A DNA stretch of 64,000 nt, from positions 32,001-96,000 of the IMG/VR virus record IMGVR_UViG_3300027741_000030; one strand, written 5' to 3'. The stretch comes from a virus. The translations under genes and the position numbers were made by a program. Each line of letters opens with the position of its first letter. Position 1 is the first letter of the stretch. Shown one piece after another: positions 27,876-37,948 of the stretch. Below the pieces are notes generated by a model, which was not told the origin of the DNA, searched no databases, and saw nothing but the letters and a program-made list of their open reading frames with translations.

Positions 27876-28537
27876 TAGACGAAAAATCAAATAAATTTGA
27901 TCCAAATGACATGTATCACATGTTTATACCAAATGTTTTAGAGAACAATATTTGGTATTATAAAAATGTTGTAAGCTATCCAAAAGAGCTATTAGATTTT
28001 ATTAATGAAGTTGATAATGATGCTAGAAGCCACGGTAAAATAACAAAGTGGTTCCCTTGGACTGCTAGCAATAATGGCTCTTTAATATACGGAGATAACA
28101 AAAATGTTCTACCTTCAAATATGAAAGATGTCACAGACGCTGGAAGACTAGATCAAAAAATACTATATATATCAAATAGCATAAAGATGGCTTTTCAAAT
28201 GTGTCTTGATAATTACTTTGCTTCAAGAAATATTGATTCGTCAAATTATGTTTTGCCAATGAGTGAGATTCCATTAAGAAGGTGGGGAGTGGGTCCTGGA
28301 ATGGGTCCTCATTGTGATAACTATGACGGGCATACAAATCTTGCTTTTTCTATGATTCTATATTTAAACAACAACTACGAAGGCGGGGAAATCGAGTTTC
28401 CAAATCAGGGAGTGTCTTTAAAGCCAGATGAGGGCAGCCTAATTATATTCCCAAGCAGTGAGCCATACCTTCACAAAGTAAATGAGATTAAATCGGGAGA
28501 TAGGTACACATCACATCTTTCAGTATATACAAGATAG
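27872..28537 (+). CDS. 2OG-Fe(II) oxygenase, P4H-like
   Basis: MGPHCD...YLNNNYEGGEIEFP...PYLHKV...GDRY. Confidence 0.9.
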   Translation: MIDEKSNKFDPNDMYHMFIPNVLENNIWYYKNVVSYPKELLDFINEVDNDARSHGKITKWFPWTASNNGSLIYGDNKNVLPSNMKDVTDAGRLDQKILYISNSIKMAFQMCLDNYFASRNIDSSNYVLPMSEIPLRRWGVGPGMGPHCDNYDGHTNLAFSMILYLNNNYEGGEIEFPNQGVSLKPDEGSLIIFPSSEPYLHKVNEIKSGDRYTSHLSVYTR

Positions 28538-28553
28538 GTGGTATAATTAAAAA

Positions 28554-29750
28554 ATGAGCACAGTTCCTAATCAACACGGATTGCATTTTCCAAACTACAC
28601 GGATTCTCCAGACGTGCCTAAAGACCTGTCGCTACTAGCTAAAGATATTGCAGATCTTATTGATGCTAACCCTGGACCGCAAGGTGAAGTTGGCCCAGCA
28701 AACTCTCTTGATGTAATTGCAACAAACACAATTACAGCAGGCCTAAATGCATCTGTAACAATTTCAGGAACAGCTCCATCACAACATTTAACGTTTAACA
28801 TTCCCAAAGGACAAGATGGTGTGTTAGGTGGTCCAGGACCATCAAATGTTTTAACAATAGGAACAGTAACTTCGGGAGCAACAGCAAGCGCATCAATTAC
28901 TGGAACATCTCCATCTCAAATTTTAAATTTAATTTTACCGATAGGTCCCACAGGATCAACTGGCGCAACAGGAGCGCAAGGAGCAAAAGGAGATGCAGCA
29001 GCAACTATAGCCGTAAACTCCACTACAACAGGAGCTGCAGGAACAAGTGCATCTGTAACAAATTCTGGAACATCAAGCAATGTTTTATTAAACTTTACAA
29101 TTCCAAGAGGAGCAACTGGAGCAACTGGAGCAACTGGAGCGCAGGGTCCTACTGGAGTTGATGGAGCAACTCCAAGCATAGATCCAATATCATTAAGAAT
29201 TGGTCTTATGTCACCAAATACATCCTCAACTGGAGTTAACTCAAACTGGTATCCATTTTCTACAAACTTATATTCTTTAGGAAAAGATACATCTGATGGT
29301 GGACCAGCAAGATATTGGAAAGATATTTTTTCTAATGGAACAATAAGAGCAGCATCTGTTATTGCAACAGGAAACATGTACATAAATACATCTACAGTAG
29401 TTACATCAGATGAAAATTTAAAAAATACAATAGCTCCATCTAATCTAGGTCTTAATTTTATTAACTTGTTAAATCCAGTAAGCTACAAGTTTAATGTTGG
29501 CGGAATAAATTATTCAGTAGATGAAGATGGCAATCAAGTTGAGACTGCAGTTCCAGGTAATAGAACTCATTATGGCCTTATAGCTCAGGAAGTTAAAGAA
29601 TCTCTAGACAGTTTAAATATTGAAGATTTTGGCGGATGGGTTCAAAAAGAAGATAAAACTCAAGCTTTGAGATATGAAGAATTTATAGCGCCATTAATTA
29701 AAGCAGTACAAGAACTTTCAGCGAGAGTACAAGCTTTAGAAGAAAAGTAG
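28554..29750 (+). CDS. Collagen-like tail fibre with C-terminal intramolecular chaperone (peptidase S74-like)
   Basis: GXY repeats; SDENLK...GLNFINLLNPV.Y...YGLIAQEV...LRYEEFIAPLIKAVQEL. Confidence 0.85.
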   Translation: MSTVPNQHGLHFPNYTDSPDVPKDLSLLAKDIADLIDANPGPQGEVGPANSLDVIATNTITAGLNASVTISGTAPSQHLTFNIPKGQDGVLGGPGPSNVLTIGTVTSGATASASITGTSPSQILNLILPIGPTGSTGATGAQGAKGDAAATIAVNSTTTGAAGTSASVTNSGTSSNVLLNFTIPRGATGATGATGAQGPTGVDGATPSIDPISLRIGLMSPNTSSTGVNSNWYPFSTNLYSLGKDTSDGGPARYWKDIFSNGTIRAASVIATGNMYINTSTVVTSDENLKNTIAPSNLGLNFINLLNPVSYKFNVGGINYSVDEDGNQVETAVPGNRTHYGLIAQEVKESLDSLNIEDFGGWVQKEDKTQALRYEEFIAPLIKAVQELSARVQALEEK

Positions 29751-29756
29751 GTAAAG

Positions 29757-31562
29757 ATGTCATATAAGAATGCGGTCTTAAATGATCATCCAAATTCATT
29801 TTACCTTTTAGACGAAGTAAGATCTGGAACAGTAGGATCATACTCTGGAATTATTTCTCAGTTTGCAACATATCAAGATTTAAAAGATAGCGGTATTACA
29901 TATTCTGCATTAAGCGGATTACCAATTATCGACTATTCAGGAAACATAAATAATGGATATGCAATAAGCACATCAAGCAAAGAACTTATGCCATTAGTGC
30001 CAGGAAGCATAAGAGGCACACAAGTTCTTGAGCAAACAATAGTTGCATTTAGTCCAAAAGGAATAGCAACAAAATATTTTAACGATAATTCTTTTAGCAT
30101 AGAGGCCTGGGCAGTTTTGCCAAGCTATGATGTAGACGCTACAATTGTCGCAGACCCAGACCTGGGAATTGGAATATTTTATGAAAACGGAAACATAGTA
30201 TTTAAAGTAGGAGATATACAGACTAGCTATACCGTATCAAATTCAAGATCAAAATATATTGTTGCATTATTTGAAAACAGATCTATATCCCTTTATATTG
30301 ATGGTGTAATTGTTGATAAGCAACCAACCAACAATTATAAATTTACAAATGAATATATTAATTTTATAAGCAGCACATCAGAGGAACAGCTGGTTATAGA
30401 CTCTGTAGCGTTTTATAAATTTGCCCTTTCTCAATCTCAAATAAACAATCATTATAATGAAGGCATAAAAGAAATAAAGTACTCTCAAATAGTAAATCTT
30501 GATAACGGATATTTGTTTAGCATGAATGTAGAGCCAATTAAACCAAAATTTAAATACTCTTATCCAGAATCAAAATCATGGAGAGAGATTTATGGAGATA
30601 ATGTGTCTATAGCAGATGACGGATCATACCTTTATTTTAAAAAAACTTTAGACTCTGCAACCTCAGAATTTTCTTTTATAGATTCTTTTATTGTTCCAAA
30701 TTATTTAAACTTAACAACATCTCAAATTTATTGGGAATATGATGTTGACGGAATATCAGTAGAAGTCAGCACCAACGGATCTAACTGGCAAGAATGCCAA
30801 AATGGAAACCCATTGCCATATTTTAATAAAAATGAAAATCTGTTTTCAGATTTGCTTTATTTGAGAGTTACAATTTCATCAGCTGATACAACAAAATATT
30901 TGCCAATATTAAAAAGCTTAGAAATTTTGTTCTTTAGTTCAAAAAATTTTTACAGCGATAACTCAGGCTACTATTTATCTTCAGACTATGACTATTCACT
31001 TCCTAAAAAAAATAATAGAATTTTAGCATACGATAAAAATAATGGTTTACGCATGTACAGCGGCCATGGATTTTATTTAAATAATGTGCCCTCAATTAAA
31101 ACAGTTGAAATGATATTTACTCCAAGATATTCAGAAAACGTTCTTGTTTCTGCTACGTCAAAAATATACGAGTGGAACCAGGCTGGAACTATAACAAAGT
31201 CAGGAATTGCCTCAATATATGTAAATGGTATAGATCAAACAAACAGTACAAATATATGGGATTTTATATCTCCAGATTTGCCACATCATGTGGTTATAAC
31301 ATTTTCTTCTCAGGCCACAAATCTTAAATTTAATCAAAATCAATCAGATTCCAAGTCTGGTTTAGGACACATGTATAACAATCTTGCTATATACCCAGAC
31401 GAGCTTGGGGAATATAATACATTAAATCATTATACGCTTTATACAAATAGAATAGTAAATTCAATTAACGACACCTCATTAACAATATCAGAAAGCACAT
31501 CAGGTAACGATTCTACGTCTGTCAGATTGATTTTAATACAGCCAGAAGCCATAAGTATATAA
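29757..31562 (+). CDS. LamG/ConA-like lectin-domain virion protein
   Basis: SY...VL.D.P..FYLLDE; FSIEAW; LYIDG; ALS..QI..HY. Confidence 0.75.
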   Translation: MSYKNAVLNDHPNSFYLLDEVRSGTVGSYSGIISQFATYQDLKDSGITYSALSGLPIIDYSGNINNGYAISTSSKELMPLVPGSIRGTQVLEQTIVAFSPKGIATKYFNDNSFSIEAWAVLPSYDVDATIVADPDLGIGIFYENGNIVFKVGDIQTSYTVSNSRSKYIVALFENRSISLYIDGVIVDKQPTNNYKFTNEYINFISSTSEEQLVIDSVAFYKFALSQSQINNHYNEGIKEIKYSQIVNLDNGYLFSMNVEPIKPKFKYSYPESKSWREIYGDNVSIADDGSYLYFKKTLDSATSEFSFIDSFIVPNYLNLTTSQIYWEYDVDGISVEVSTNGSNWQECQNGNPLPYFNKNENLFSDLLYLRVTISSADTTKYLPILKSLEILFFSSKNFYSDNSGYYLSSDYDYSLPKKNNRILAYDKNNGLRMYSGHGFYLNNVPSIKTVEMIFTPRYSENVLVSATSKIYEWNQAGTITKSGIASIYVNGIDQTNSTNIWDFISPDLPHHVVITFSSQATNLKFNQNQSDSKSGLGHMYNNLAIYPDELGEYNTLNHYTLYTNRIVNSINDTSLTISESTSGNDSTSVRLILIQPEAISI

Positions 31563-31624
31563 ATTTGTCACAAGCTCAGACAAAATCTGGACTTTAGCTA
31601 CAACTAATGGTATGATTATGGTCT

Positions 31625-31963
31625 ATGGATATCTTAAACAAAAATACTAAAATTATTGAAGAAACCACCCTAGGGATATATGTGTGGGAAATGCCTGACG
31701 GCAGATGGATTGGAGACGACGATGGCAACTTTCTTTCGATCACGTCCAAAAAAGGTAATAGATCCAGAATCGATGCTTTGGCTAGAGAAGTTCGCTCGTT
31801 TGGTATATATGAGGGCAATCCCAAGTTCCTTTCAGGGCGTAGAAAAATTGACGACGAAGAGTTTGAGCATCAAAACGAAAGACTCAAGTGGGGACTCACA
31901 CCAGATCCTTTAGATATTGGTGTTTACAAAGACGCAATGCTTAGGGATGGTAAGGTTCAATGA
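31625..31963 (+). CDS. Hypothetical head-region protein preceding portal
   Basis: GIYVWEMPDG...GLTPDPLD; coupled to the portal gene. Confidence 0.7.
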   Translation: MDILNKNTKIIEETTLGIYVWEMPDGRWIGDDDGNFLSITSKKGNRSRIDALAREVRSFGIYEGNPKFLSGRRKIDDEEFEHQNERLKWGLTPDPLDIGVYKDAMLRDGKVQ

Positions 31964-33546
31964 GAGCTGAATATATTGAAGATGATGAAACCTCATCAAA
32001 TACTATAGATATTTCAAACAGTGCAGATTGGTTTCATTTTCAAAAATCTGAAGAGCATGACGACCCATTTAAAATTAGTCTAGATGAAATTAAAAAGCTT
32101 CGTGGCCTAGGCACCAACTTTAAAAGAAAAATAAACCGTGACTTCTCAAAAGCCTTTGTTGGAAAAGAAGGGGTAGCAACACAACAAAATTTATTGCAGC
32201 AGGCAATCAGCGGATATGCATTATTTGATTTAGTTGAGCCAACCTACAATCTTGAATATCTTTCAAAAATATATGAAATATCAACATATAACTATGCAGC
32301 AATTAATGCAAAGGTTTCAAATATTGTTGGATTAGGATATACGTTTGCAGAAACACCTAAAGCAAAAGATGCAATGGATCAGATTACTGATGACAAACAG
32401 CTTGAAAGAGCTCGTACAAAAATAAATAGAATTAAGAATGGCTTAGATCAATGGCTTGATGATTGTAACGAAGAAGAGTCATTTACAGAAACCCTTATAA
32501 AGGCTTACACAGACCTTGAGGCCACAGGAAACGGGTACATTGAGATAGGACGTACAACGGGTGGAGATATAGGCTACATCGGTCATATACCAGCTAAAAC
32601 AATGCGTGTGCGTAGATTCCGTGACGGCTTTATTCAATTGCTTTATGGCAAGGCTGTATTCTTCCGTAACTTTGGAGACCTAGAAACGCCTAGCCCGATT
32701 GCTGGCCAAGAAGACAGACCAAATGAGATTATTCATTTAAAGAAATATACACCAATGAATAACTATTATGGTGTTCCAGATATTATTGCAGCACAGCAAG
32801 CTTTAGCAGGAAATGAATTTGCAGGAAGATATAACCTTGATTACTTTGAAAACAAAGCGGTTCCAAGATATATTATTACAGTTAAGGGAGCAAAGCTTTC
32901 TCCAGAGTCAGAAAGAAAATTACTTGAGTTTTTTCAGGTCGGCTTAAAAGGAAAGAATCACAGATCTCTTTACATTCCACTTCCAGCGGATACACCAGAC
33001 TCAAAGACTGAATTTAAGATGGAGCCAATTGAGGCGGGAGAGCAAGAGTCCTCATTTAACATCTATCGTAAAACAAATAGAGATGAAATCCTTTTAGCTC
33101 ATCGTGTTCCTATTAATAAAATTGGAACTCCTGAAGGTGTTAATTTAGCTGTAGCAAGAGATGCGGACAAGACATTTAAAGAGCAGGTTTGTCGTCCAGC
33201 ACAAGATAGACTAGAAAAGAAATTAAACTATTTAATTGCAGAAAAAACAGATGTTGTCGAATTAAAGTTTAATGAGCTAAGCCTTACAGACGAAATAACT
33301 CAAAGCCAGATAGATGAGATTTATTTAAGAATGCAGGTTATTACTCCTAACGAAGTAAGAATTAGAAAAAATATGATTCCTAGAGATGGTGGAGATGAAG
33401 TCGTTGAATTAAAACCTCAGCAGGCGGCAGACCAACAGGCCAAATCTACTGGAAATAAAACTAGAGACCAACAAAGAGCTTCAAATGCCCCAGATAAAAA
33501 TGGGGAAGGTAGAAATGCCAAGGGAGATGGTCCAAAAGTCAAATAA
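31960..33546 (+). CDS. Portal protein
   Basis: TGNGYIE, EIIHLK...YYGVPD, YFENKAVP, AHRVP, ITPNEVR. Confidence 0.93.
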   Translation: MRAEYIEDDETSSNTIDISNSADWFHFQKSEEHDDPFKISLDEIKKLRGLGTNFKRKINRDFSKAFVGKEGVATQQNLLQQAISGYALFDLVEPTYNLEYLSKIYEISTYNYAAINAKVSNIVGLGYTFAETPKAKDAMDQITDDKQLERARTKINRIKNGLDQWLDDCNEEESFTETLIKAYTDLEATGNGYIEIGRTTGGDIGYIGHIPAKTMRVRRFRDGFIQLLYGKAVFFRNFGDLETPSPIAGQEDRPNEIIHLKKYTPMNNYYGVPDIIAAQQALAGNEFAGRYNLDYFENKAVPRYIITVKGAKLSPESERKLLEFFQVGLKGKNHRSLYIPLPADTPDSKTEFKMEPIEAGEQESSFNIYRKTNRDEILLAHRVPINKIGTPEGVNLAVARDADKTFKEQVCRPAQDRLEKKLNYLIAEKTDVVELKFNELSLTDEITQSQIDEIYLRMQVITPNEVRIRKNMIPRDGGDEVVELKPQQAADQQAKSTGNKTRDQQRASNAPDKNGEGRNAKGDGPKVK

Positions 33547-33599
33547 GTTTAATCGACTGTTATTTGCTTTATATGATATAAGACTATAAAATTAAGCAT

Positions 33600-34955
33600 A
33601 TGAACATCGAAAAGTCGCATTGGTCCAGCGATGGAGAAAACCTCCATCTCTCAGTTCCATTTACAAAAGTTAATCGTGAGACCAGAACCGTGTCTGGTTT
33701 TGCTACGCTAGATAATGTTGATCAAACAGGTGACGTTGTAACTGCAGAAGCAAGTCTAAAAGCATTTGAAAATTTTAGAGGAAATCTTCGTGAGATGCAC
33801 CAGTCAATTGCAGTTGGTAAAGTAGTTTCATTTAAGCCTGAAACATACTACGATCAAAAGTCTCAAACATTTTATAATGGAGTTTACGTAACATCTTACA
33901 TTTCAAAGGGTGCACAAGATACTTGGGAAAAAGTTCTTGACGGCACTCTTTCTGGTTTTTCAATCGGCGGAAAAATTAAAGAGTCAGACAATGAAGTTAA
34001 CAAAGCTACAGGTGAAGCAGTAAGATTTATTAAAGATTATGATTTAGTAGAACTTTCAATTGTAGATTCGCCAGCAAACGAACTATGTAATATCTTTTCA
34101 ATTGAAAAGGTTGGCGGAAAAATGGTTTATAAAGGTTTAGCAACTCAAGTTGTTACAGAAAATATTTTTTATTGCGAAGAAAGCGATTCTGTATTTATGT
34201 CTACAGAAAAAACTTTTGAATCACCAGTATCAGGAAAACCAGCCACGCTAATTGGTTGGGTAGAAAGTTCTGATATTAATAAATCAAAAGAAATAAATAA
34301 AATTCTTGCTTCATTTAAGAAGTCAAGATTACCGTTGCCTGAAACACAATTAGCAAAACAGGCAAACGTAGAAGGAGGTAATAAAATGTCACATCATGAT
34401 GAGAATGTTGTAGATGCTCCAGTAGCAGAAGCAGCAATCGTTGAAGAGACACCAGTTGCAGAAGCAGTAGAAGCTCCAGCAGCAGATGAATCAAACGTCA
34501 ATCTTTTTGACAAGTCATTAGAAACTACTGATGTAGTTGCTGATGAAACCTCTGCCGACAACGTTGAAAAAGCAGCCGATACAGTAGAAGTTATGGTTGA
34601 TGAACCTGATTTTGCAAAGATGTTAGGCGATCTAAAAGGCTTTTTCGCAGACACACTCACAAAAGCTACAGAAGCTAATGCTGCACAAGTTACAGAAATT
34701 AAAACATCTGTAGAAGCTTTCAGCAAGAGCGTTGACGATAGAATTTTTGAGTTGGCAGAAAAGCACAGCGCACTTAGTGATGCTGTTGCAGAAATAAAGG
34801 GCACCATCGATGGTGTTCAAAAGCGTGTAGATGCCGTAGAAGGCGAAACCGCAATTAAGAAGTCCTCTGACCTTGGCGGGTCTGAGGTTTTTACTAAATC
34901 AAAATCAAAATGGTCTGGAGCTTTCCTCGGTTCCGTAAATGAAATCTTTAACTAA
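33600..34955 (+). CDS. Prohead maturation protease fused to scaffold
   Basis: VSGFAT..VD..GD, REMH, GFSIGG, ELSIVDSPAN; acidic coiled-coil C-terminus. Confidence 0.9.
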   Translation: MNIEKSHWSSDGENLHLSVPFTKVNRETRTVSGFATLDNVDQTGDVVTAEASLKAFENFRGNLREMHQSIAVGKVVSFKPETYYDQKSQTFYNGVYVTSYISKGAQDTWEKVLDGTLSGFSIGGKIKESDNEVNKATGEAVRFIKDYDLVELSIVDSPANELCNIFSIEKVGGKMVYKGLATQVVTENIFYCEESDSVFMSTEKTFESPVSGKPATLIGWVESSDINKSKEINKILASFKKSRLPLPETQLAKQANVEGGNKMSHHDENVVDAPVAEAAIVEETPVAEAVEAPAADESNVNLFDKSLETTDVVADETSADNVEKAADTVEVMVDEPDFAKMLGDLKGFFADTLTKATEANAAQVTEIKTSVEAFSKSVDDRIFELAEKHSALSDAVAEIKGTIDGVQKRVDAVEGETAIKKSSDLGGSEVFTKSKSKWSGAFLGSVNEIFN

Positions 34956-34976
34956 AATAAGGTAGGTGAAATAAAA

Positions 34977-36026
34977 ATGAGTAATGAATTATTAGAAAAG
35001 GCCGCAGCAGCAGGTACAACAGTATCAACTGGCTTTGGCTCAACAACTGGTGGTTCAGGCGTACACGTTGCTTCAGAAAATGGCAACGGTGGACTTCTAA
35101 ACCCAGAACAATCAGCACGATTCTTGGACTATATGTTCGATGCTACCGTAATTGGTAAAGTTGCACGTACTGTCCGAATGAAAGCTGACACAACAGAGAT
35201 TGATCGTATGTCTATTGGTGAGAAGCTTGTAAAGCTTGCATCAGAAGGCGAGAACACAGCTGCTAACAGCGGTGTAACTTTCTCAAAAATCTCTCTTACA
35301 ACAAGAAAACTTCGCATGGATTGGGAACTTTCAACAGAGTCTCTAGAAGACAACATTGAAGGTGCTGATCTTGAAGATCACATTGCCAGAATGATGGCAA
35401 CACAGGCAGGTAACGACATTGAAGATGTTATCCTAAACGGAGATACATCACTTTCAAGCGATGCTCTTTACAAGTCATTTGACGGTGCAGTTAAGAAGGC
35501 AAAGACATACGGTCACGTAGTTGATGCAGCAGGTGCGGGAATTTCTCGTGCAGTATTTAACTCAGCACTTAAGGCACTCCCACGTAAGTACAAGCAGCGT
35601 CGTACAGACCTTCGCTTCCTTTCAGGATCAAACTTGATCCAAGATTACCTATACTCTAACTCACAGAACATTCAGAACGTTACTCCACAGGATATTGCTT
35701 CAGGCATCATCCGTGGTGATGTTCCAGTTCTTGGTGGTCCAGCAGGATATGTAGCTCCATACGCATTTGGTATTCCAATCGTTGAAGTTCCATTGCTTCC
35801 TGAGACACAGACAGGTACATATTCAAGCCCATCAGGTTCACATGGAGATATCCACTTGACATTCCCAAATAACGTTGTTATTGGTATCAAGCGTGATGTA
35901 ACTGTTTACCGTTTCTTCTGGCCACGTAAAGACTCAATTGAGTACACAATGTACACAAGAGTTGGCGTACAGATTGAACAAGCTGATGCTTGGGTAGTCG
36001 TAAAGAACGTTAAGGTTGCTTCTTAA
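34977..36026 (+). CDS. Major capsid protein (HK97 fold)
   Basis: GGLLNPEQ..RF, ESLEDNIEG, FDG..K, ALP.KY; follows protease; strong codon bias. Confidence 0.93.
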   Translation: MSNELLEKAAAAGTTVSTGFGSTTGGSGVHVASENGNGGLLNPEQSARFLDYMFDATVIGKVARTVRMKADTTEIDRMSIGEKLVKLASEGENTAANSGVTFSKISLTTRKLRMDWELSTESLEDNIEGADLEDHIARMMATQAGNDIEDVILNGDTSLSSDALYKSFDGAVKKAKTYGHVVDAAGAGISRAVFNSALKALPRKYKQRRTDLRFLSGSNLIQDYLYSNSQNIQNVTPQDIASGIIRGDVPVLGGPAGYVAPYAFGIPIVEVPLLPETQTGTYSSPSGSHGDIHLTFPNNVVIGIKRDVTVYRFFWPRKDSIEYTMYTRVGVQIEQADAWVVVKNVKVAS

Positions 36027-36046
36027 TTAAATAAGAATTAACTACC

Positions 36047-36084
36047 GAAAGGCCCCCAATTAAATTTGGGGGCTTTTCATTTTA
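36047..36084 (+). terminator. Intrinsic terminator after MCP
   Basis: GAAAGGCCCCCAA-TTAAAT-TTGGGGGCTTTTC then ATTTT. Confidence 0.85.
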
Positions 36085-36131
36085 ATTTAACAATGCTATA
36101 ATTAAAGCACCTAGAAAGAGGAGAACTAAAT

Positions 36132-36524
36132 ATGTCATTTGACACATTAACAGTAGCTGAATTAAAGGAAATTGCAACCGAGTTTGCTGTAGACACAGAA
36201 GGTCTAAAAAATAAAAAAGACGTAATTGCTGCAATGGCAGAAGAAGGTGTAACATATTCCGTATATGCAAAAACACTAGAAGCAGTAGAAGCAGCAACAG
36301 AAGAAATTGAAGTTTTACCAAAATTTGACCCAAAAAATCAACCAGAGGATACAGTTTTGGTACGCATGACAAGAGCAAATTACAGATATGATGCTCATGG
36401 ATATACGTTTACAGACAAACATCCATTTGTAGCAATGTCAGAAGAAGACGCTCAATTAATCTTTGATACAGAGGAGGGTTTTCGTTTAGCGACACCAAAG
36501 GAAGTTCAAGACTTCTATAACTAA
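36132..36524 (+). CDS. Head-associated protein with Rho-N/HeH-like domain
   Basis: LTVAELKEIA......GLK.K.D.I; TGCTATAAT promoter upstream. Confidence 0.7.
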   Translation: MSFDTLTVAELKEIATEFAVDTEGLKNKKDVIAAMAEEGVTYSVYAKTLEAVEAATEEIEVLPKFDPKNQPEDTVLVRMTRANYRYDAHGYTFTDKHPFVAMSEEDAQLIFDTEEGFRLATPKEVQDFYN

Positions 36525-36540
36525 ACGTTAACATAAGTTA

Positions 36541-37518
36541 ATGGAGATATTAGTAGGCACCAATTCACCAATTACTCATAGAATTTTTTGGAAAGGCGAA
36601 ACTGTCGATGCCGACTCTTTGCCTATAGTAAAGATTTATGACATCACAGAAGATCCTGCTGTCACACCCGCAATAAACCCTGGAACTTTAATAACAACCA
36701 TAACATCAGAAAAAAGAGAAACTGATGATGGTGTTTATGTTGCATATCTTCCTCTTGAATTAACAGATAGAGACAAGCAGCTAAAGGTTGTATGGGAATA
36801 TGTAGTAGACGGAAGCCCAGTTAGAAAAGAGCATAAGCTTTTTGTTCAAACTCCATATACTGATTTGACTCAAGCTGCAGAAGTTTTAGGGGTTGGAGCA
36901 GATTATTCTGACCCTAATAACAAAACATTCTTTGATTTATTAGAGGCAGAAAAATATGCTAGAAAATTAATTGAAAATTATACACAGCAACAATTTTATT
37001 TGTATGATGATGTTACTGTGGTATATGGAGCTGGAACAGATATTTTGCCGCTCCCATATAAACTTTCTGAGTTGCATGAATTACATTCAAATGATATTTT
37101 GCTTGTAGATAATATTAACAATATCAATAACTTAGGTTATGATATAGTAGTTTCAGAAAGCGGATTTGGAATAAGAATTAATCGTGCTAATATGCTTGAC
37201 AATACTGTATATGTTGCAAATGGTATGGTTCCTCCAACAATTAATGATTATGCAGGAGTTTTTGCTAAAGATGTTACCTACAGAGTTTCTGGCAAATTTG
37301 GATGGTCTGAAATTCCAGATGAAGTAGATCTTGCATGTATAGAATTAATGAAAGATTATTTCTCTAAAGATAAAGTTTGGAGAAATAAATACATTAAAAA
37401 CATCTCCACGTTTGACTGGAAATTTGAATACGATTCAACAACATTTTCTGGAACTGGAAACAATTATGTAGATCAACTACTTCTTCCATACGTTTTAAAT
37501 AAGATGGTTGTTATTTAA
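36541..37518 (+). CDS. Head-tail adaptor
   Basis: AR.LIENYT.Q.F; G.FGW..IP..V..A; VDQLL.PY. Confidence 0.75.
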   Translation: MEILVGTNSPITHRIFWKGETVDADSLPIVKIYDITEDPAVTPAINPGTLITTITSEKRETDDGVYVAYLPLELTDRDKQLKVVWEYVVDGSPVRKEHKLFVQTPYTDLTQAAEVLGVGADYSDPNNKTFFDLLEAEKYARKLIENYTQQQFYLYDDVTVVYGAGTDILPLPYKLSELHELHSNDILLVDNINNINNLGYDIVVSESGFGIRINRANMLDNTVYVANGMVPPTINDYAGVFAKDVTYRVSGKFGWSEIPDEVDLACIELMKDYFSKDKVWRNKYIKNISTFDWKFEYDSTTFSGTGNNYVDQLLLPYVLNKMVVI

Positions 37519-37519
37519 T

Positions 37520-37948
37520 ATGAGCAGTATAGTAGACTCCCTTATGCCAATGGAGGCTGACATATATGTTCAAGAAGATGAACAAGATCCAGACACGGGA
37601 GCAATTAAAAAAAACTGGAACTACTCTAGAACTATAGCATGTTCAGCAAAAGGAATAATATCAAATTCTGGCACAGCAAGATCTGGAGATAAACAAAATT
37701 TTTCAAATAGATATGCCAATGAACAAACAATTGAAATTAGAACAAATCTTCAAATTAACTATAGAGAAAAAATTAGCAATATTAGGGATATTCAAGGAAA
37801 TGTAATTTGGAAAGAATTAAACTATCCGACAGAAACTCCAACTGTTTTTGAAGTATTTAGTTCAACACCAATAACCGATCCTTTTGGAAATATTCTTGCA
37901 TATAATTCTATTGCAAAAAGATCGGAAAATCAAGAAATTGGACTCTAG
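37520..37948 (+). CDS. Head closure/stopper protein
   Basis: Position and size; QDPDTGAIKK.W. Confidence 0.65.
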   Translation: MSSIVDSLMPMEADIYVQEDEQDPDTGAIKKNWNYSRTIACSAKGIISNSGTARSGDKQNFSNRYANEQTIEIRTNLQINYREKISNIRDIQGNVIWKELNYPTETPTVFEVFSSTPITDPFGNILAYNSIAKRSENQEIGL

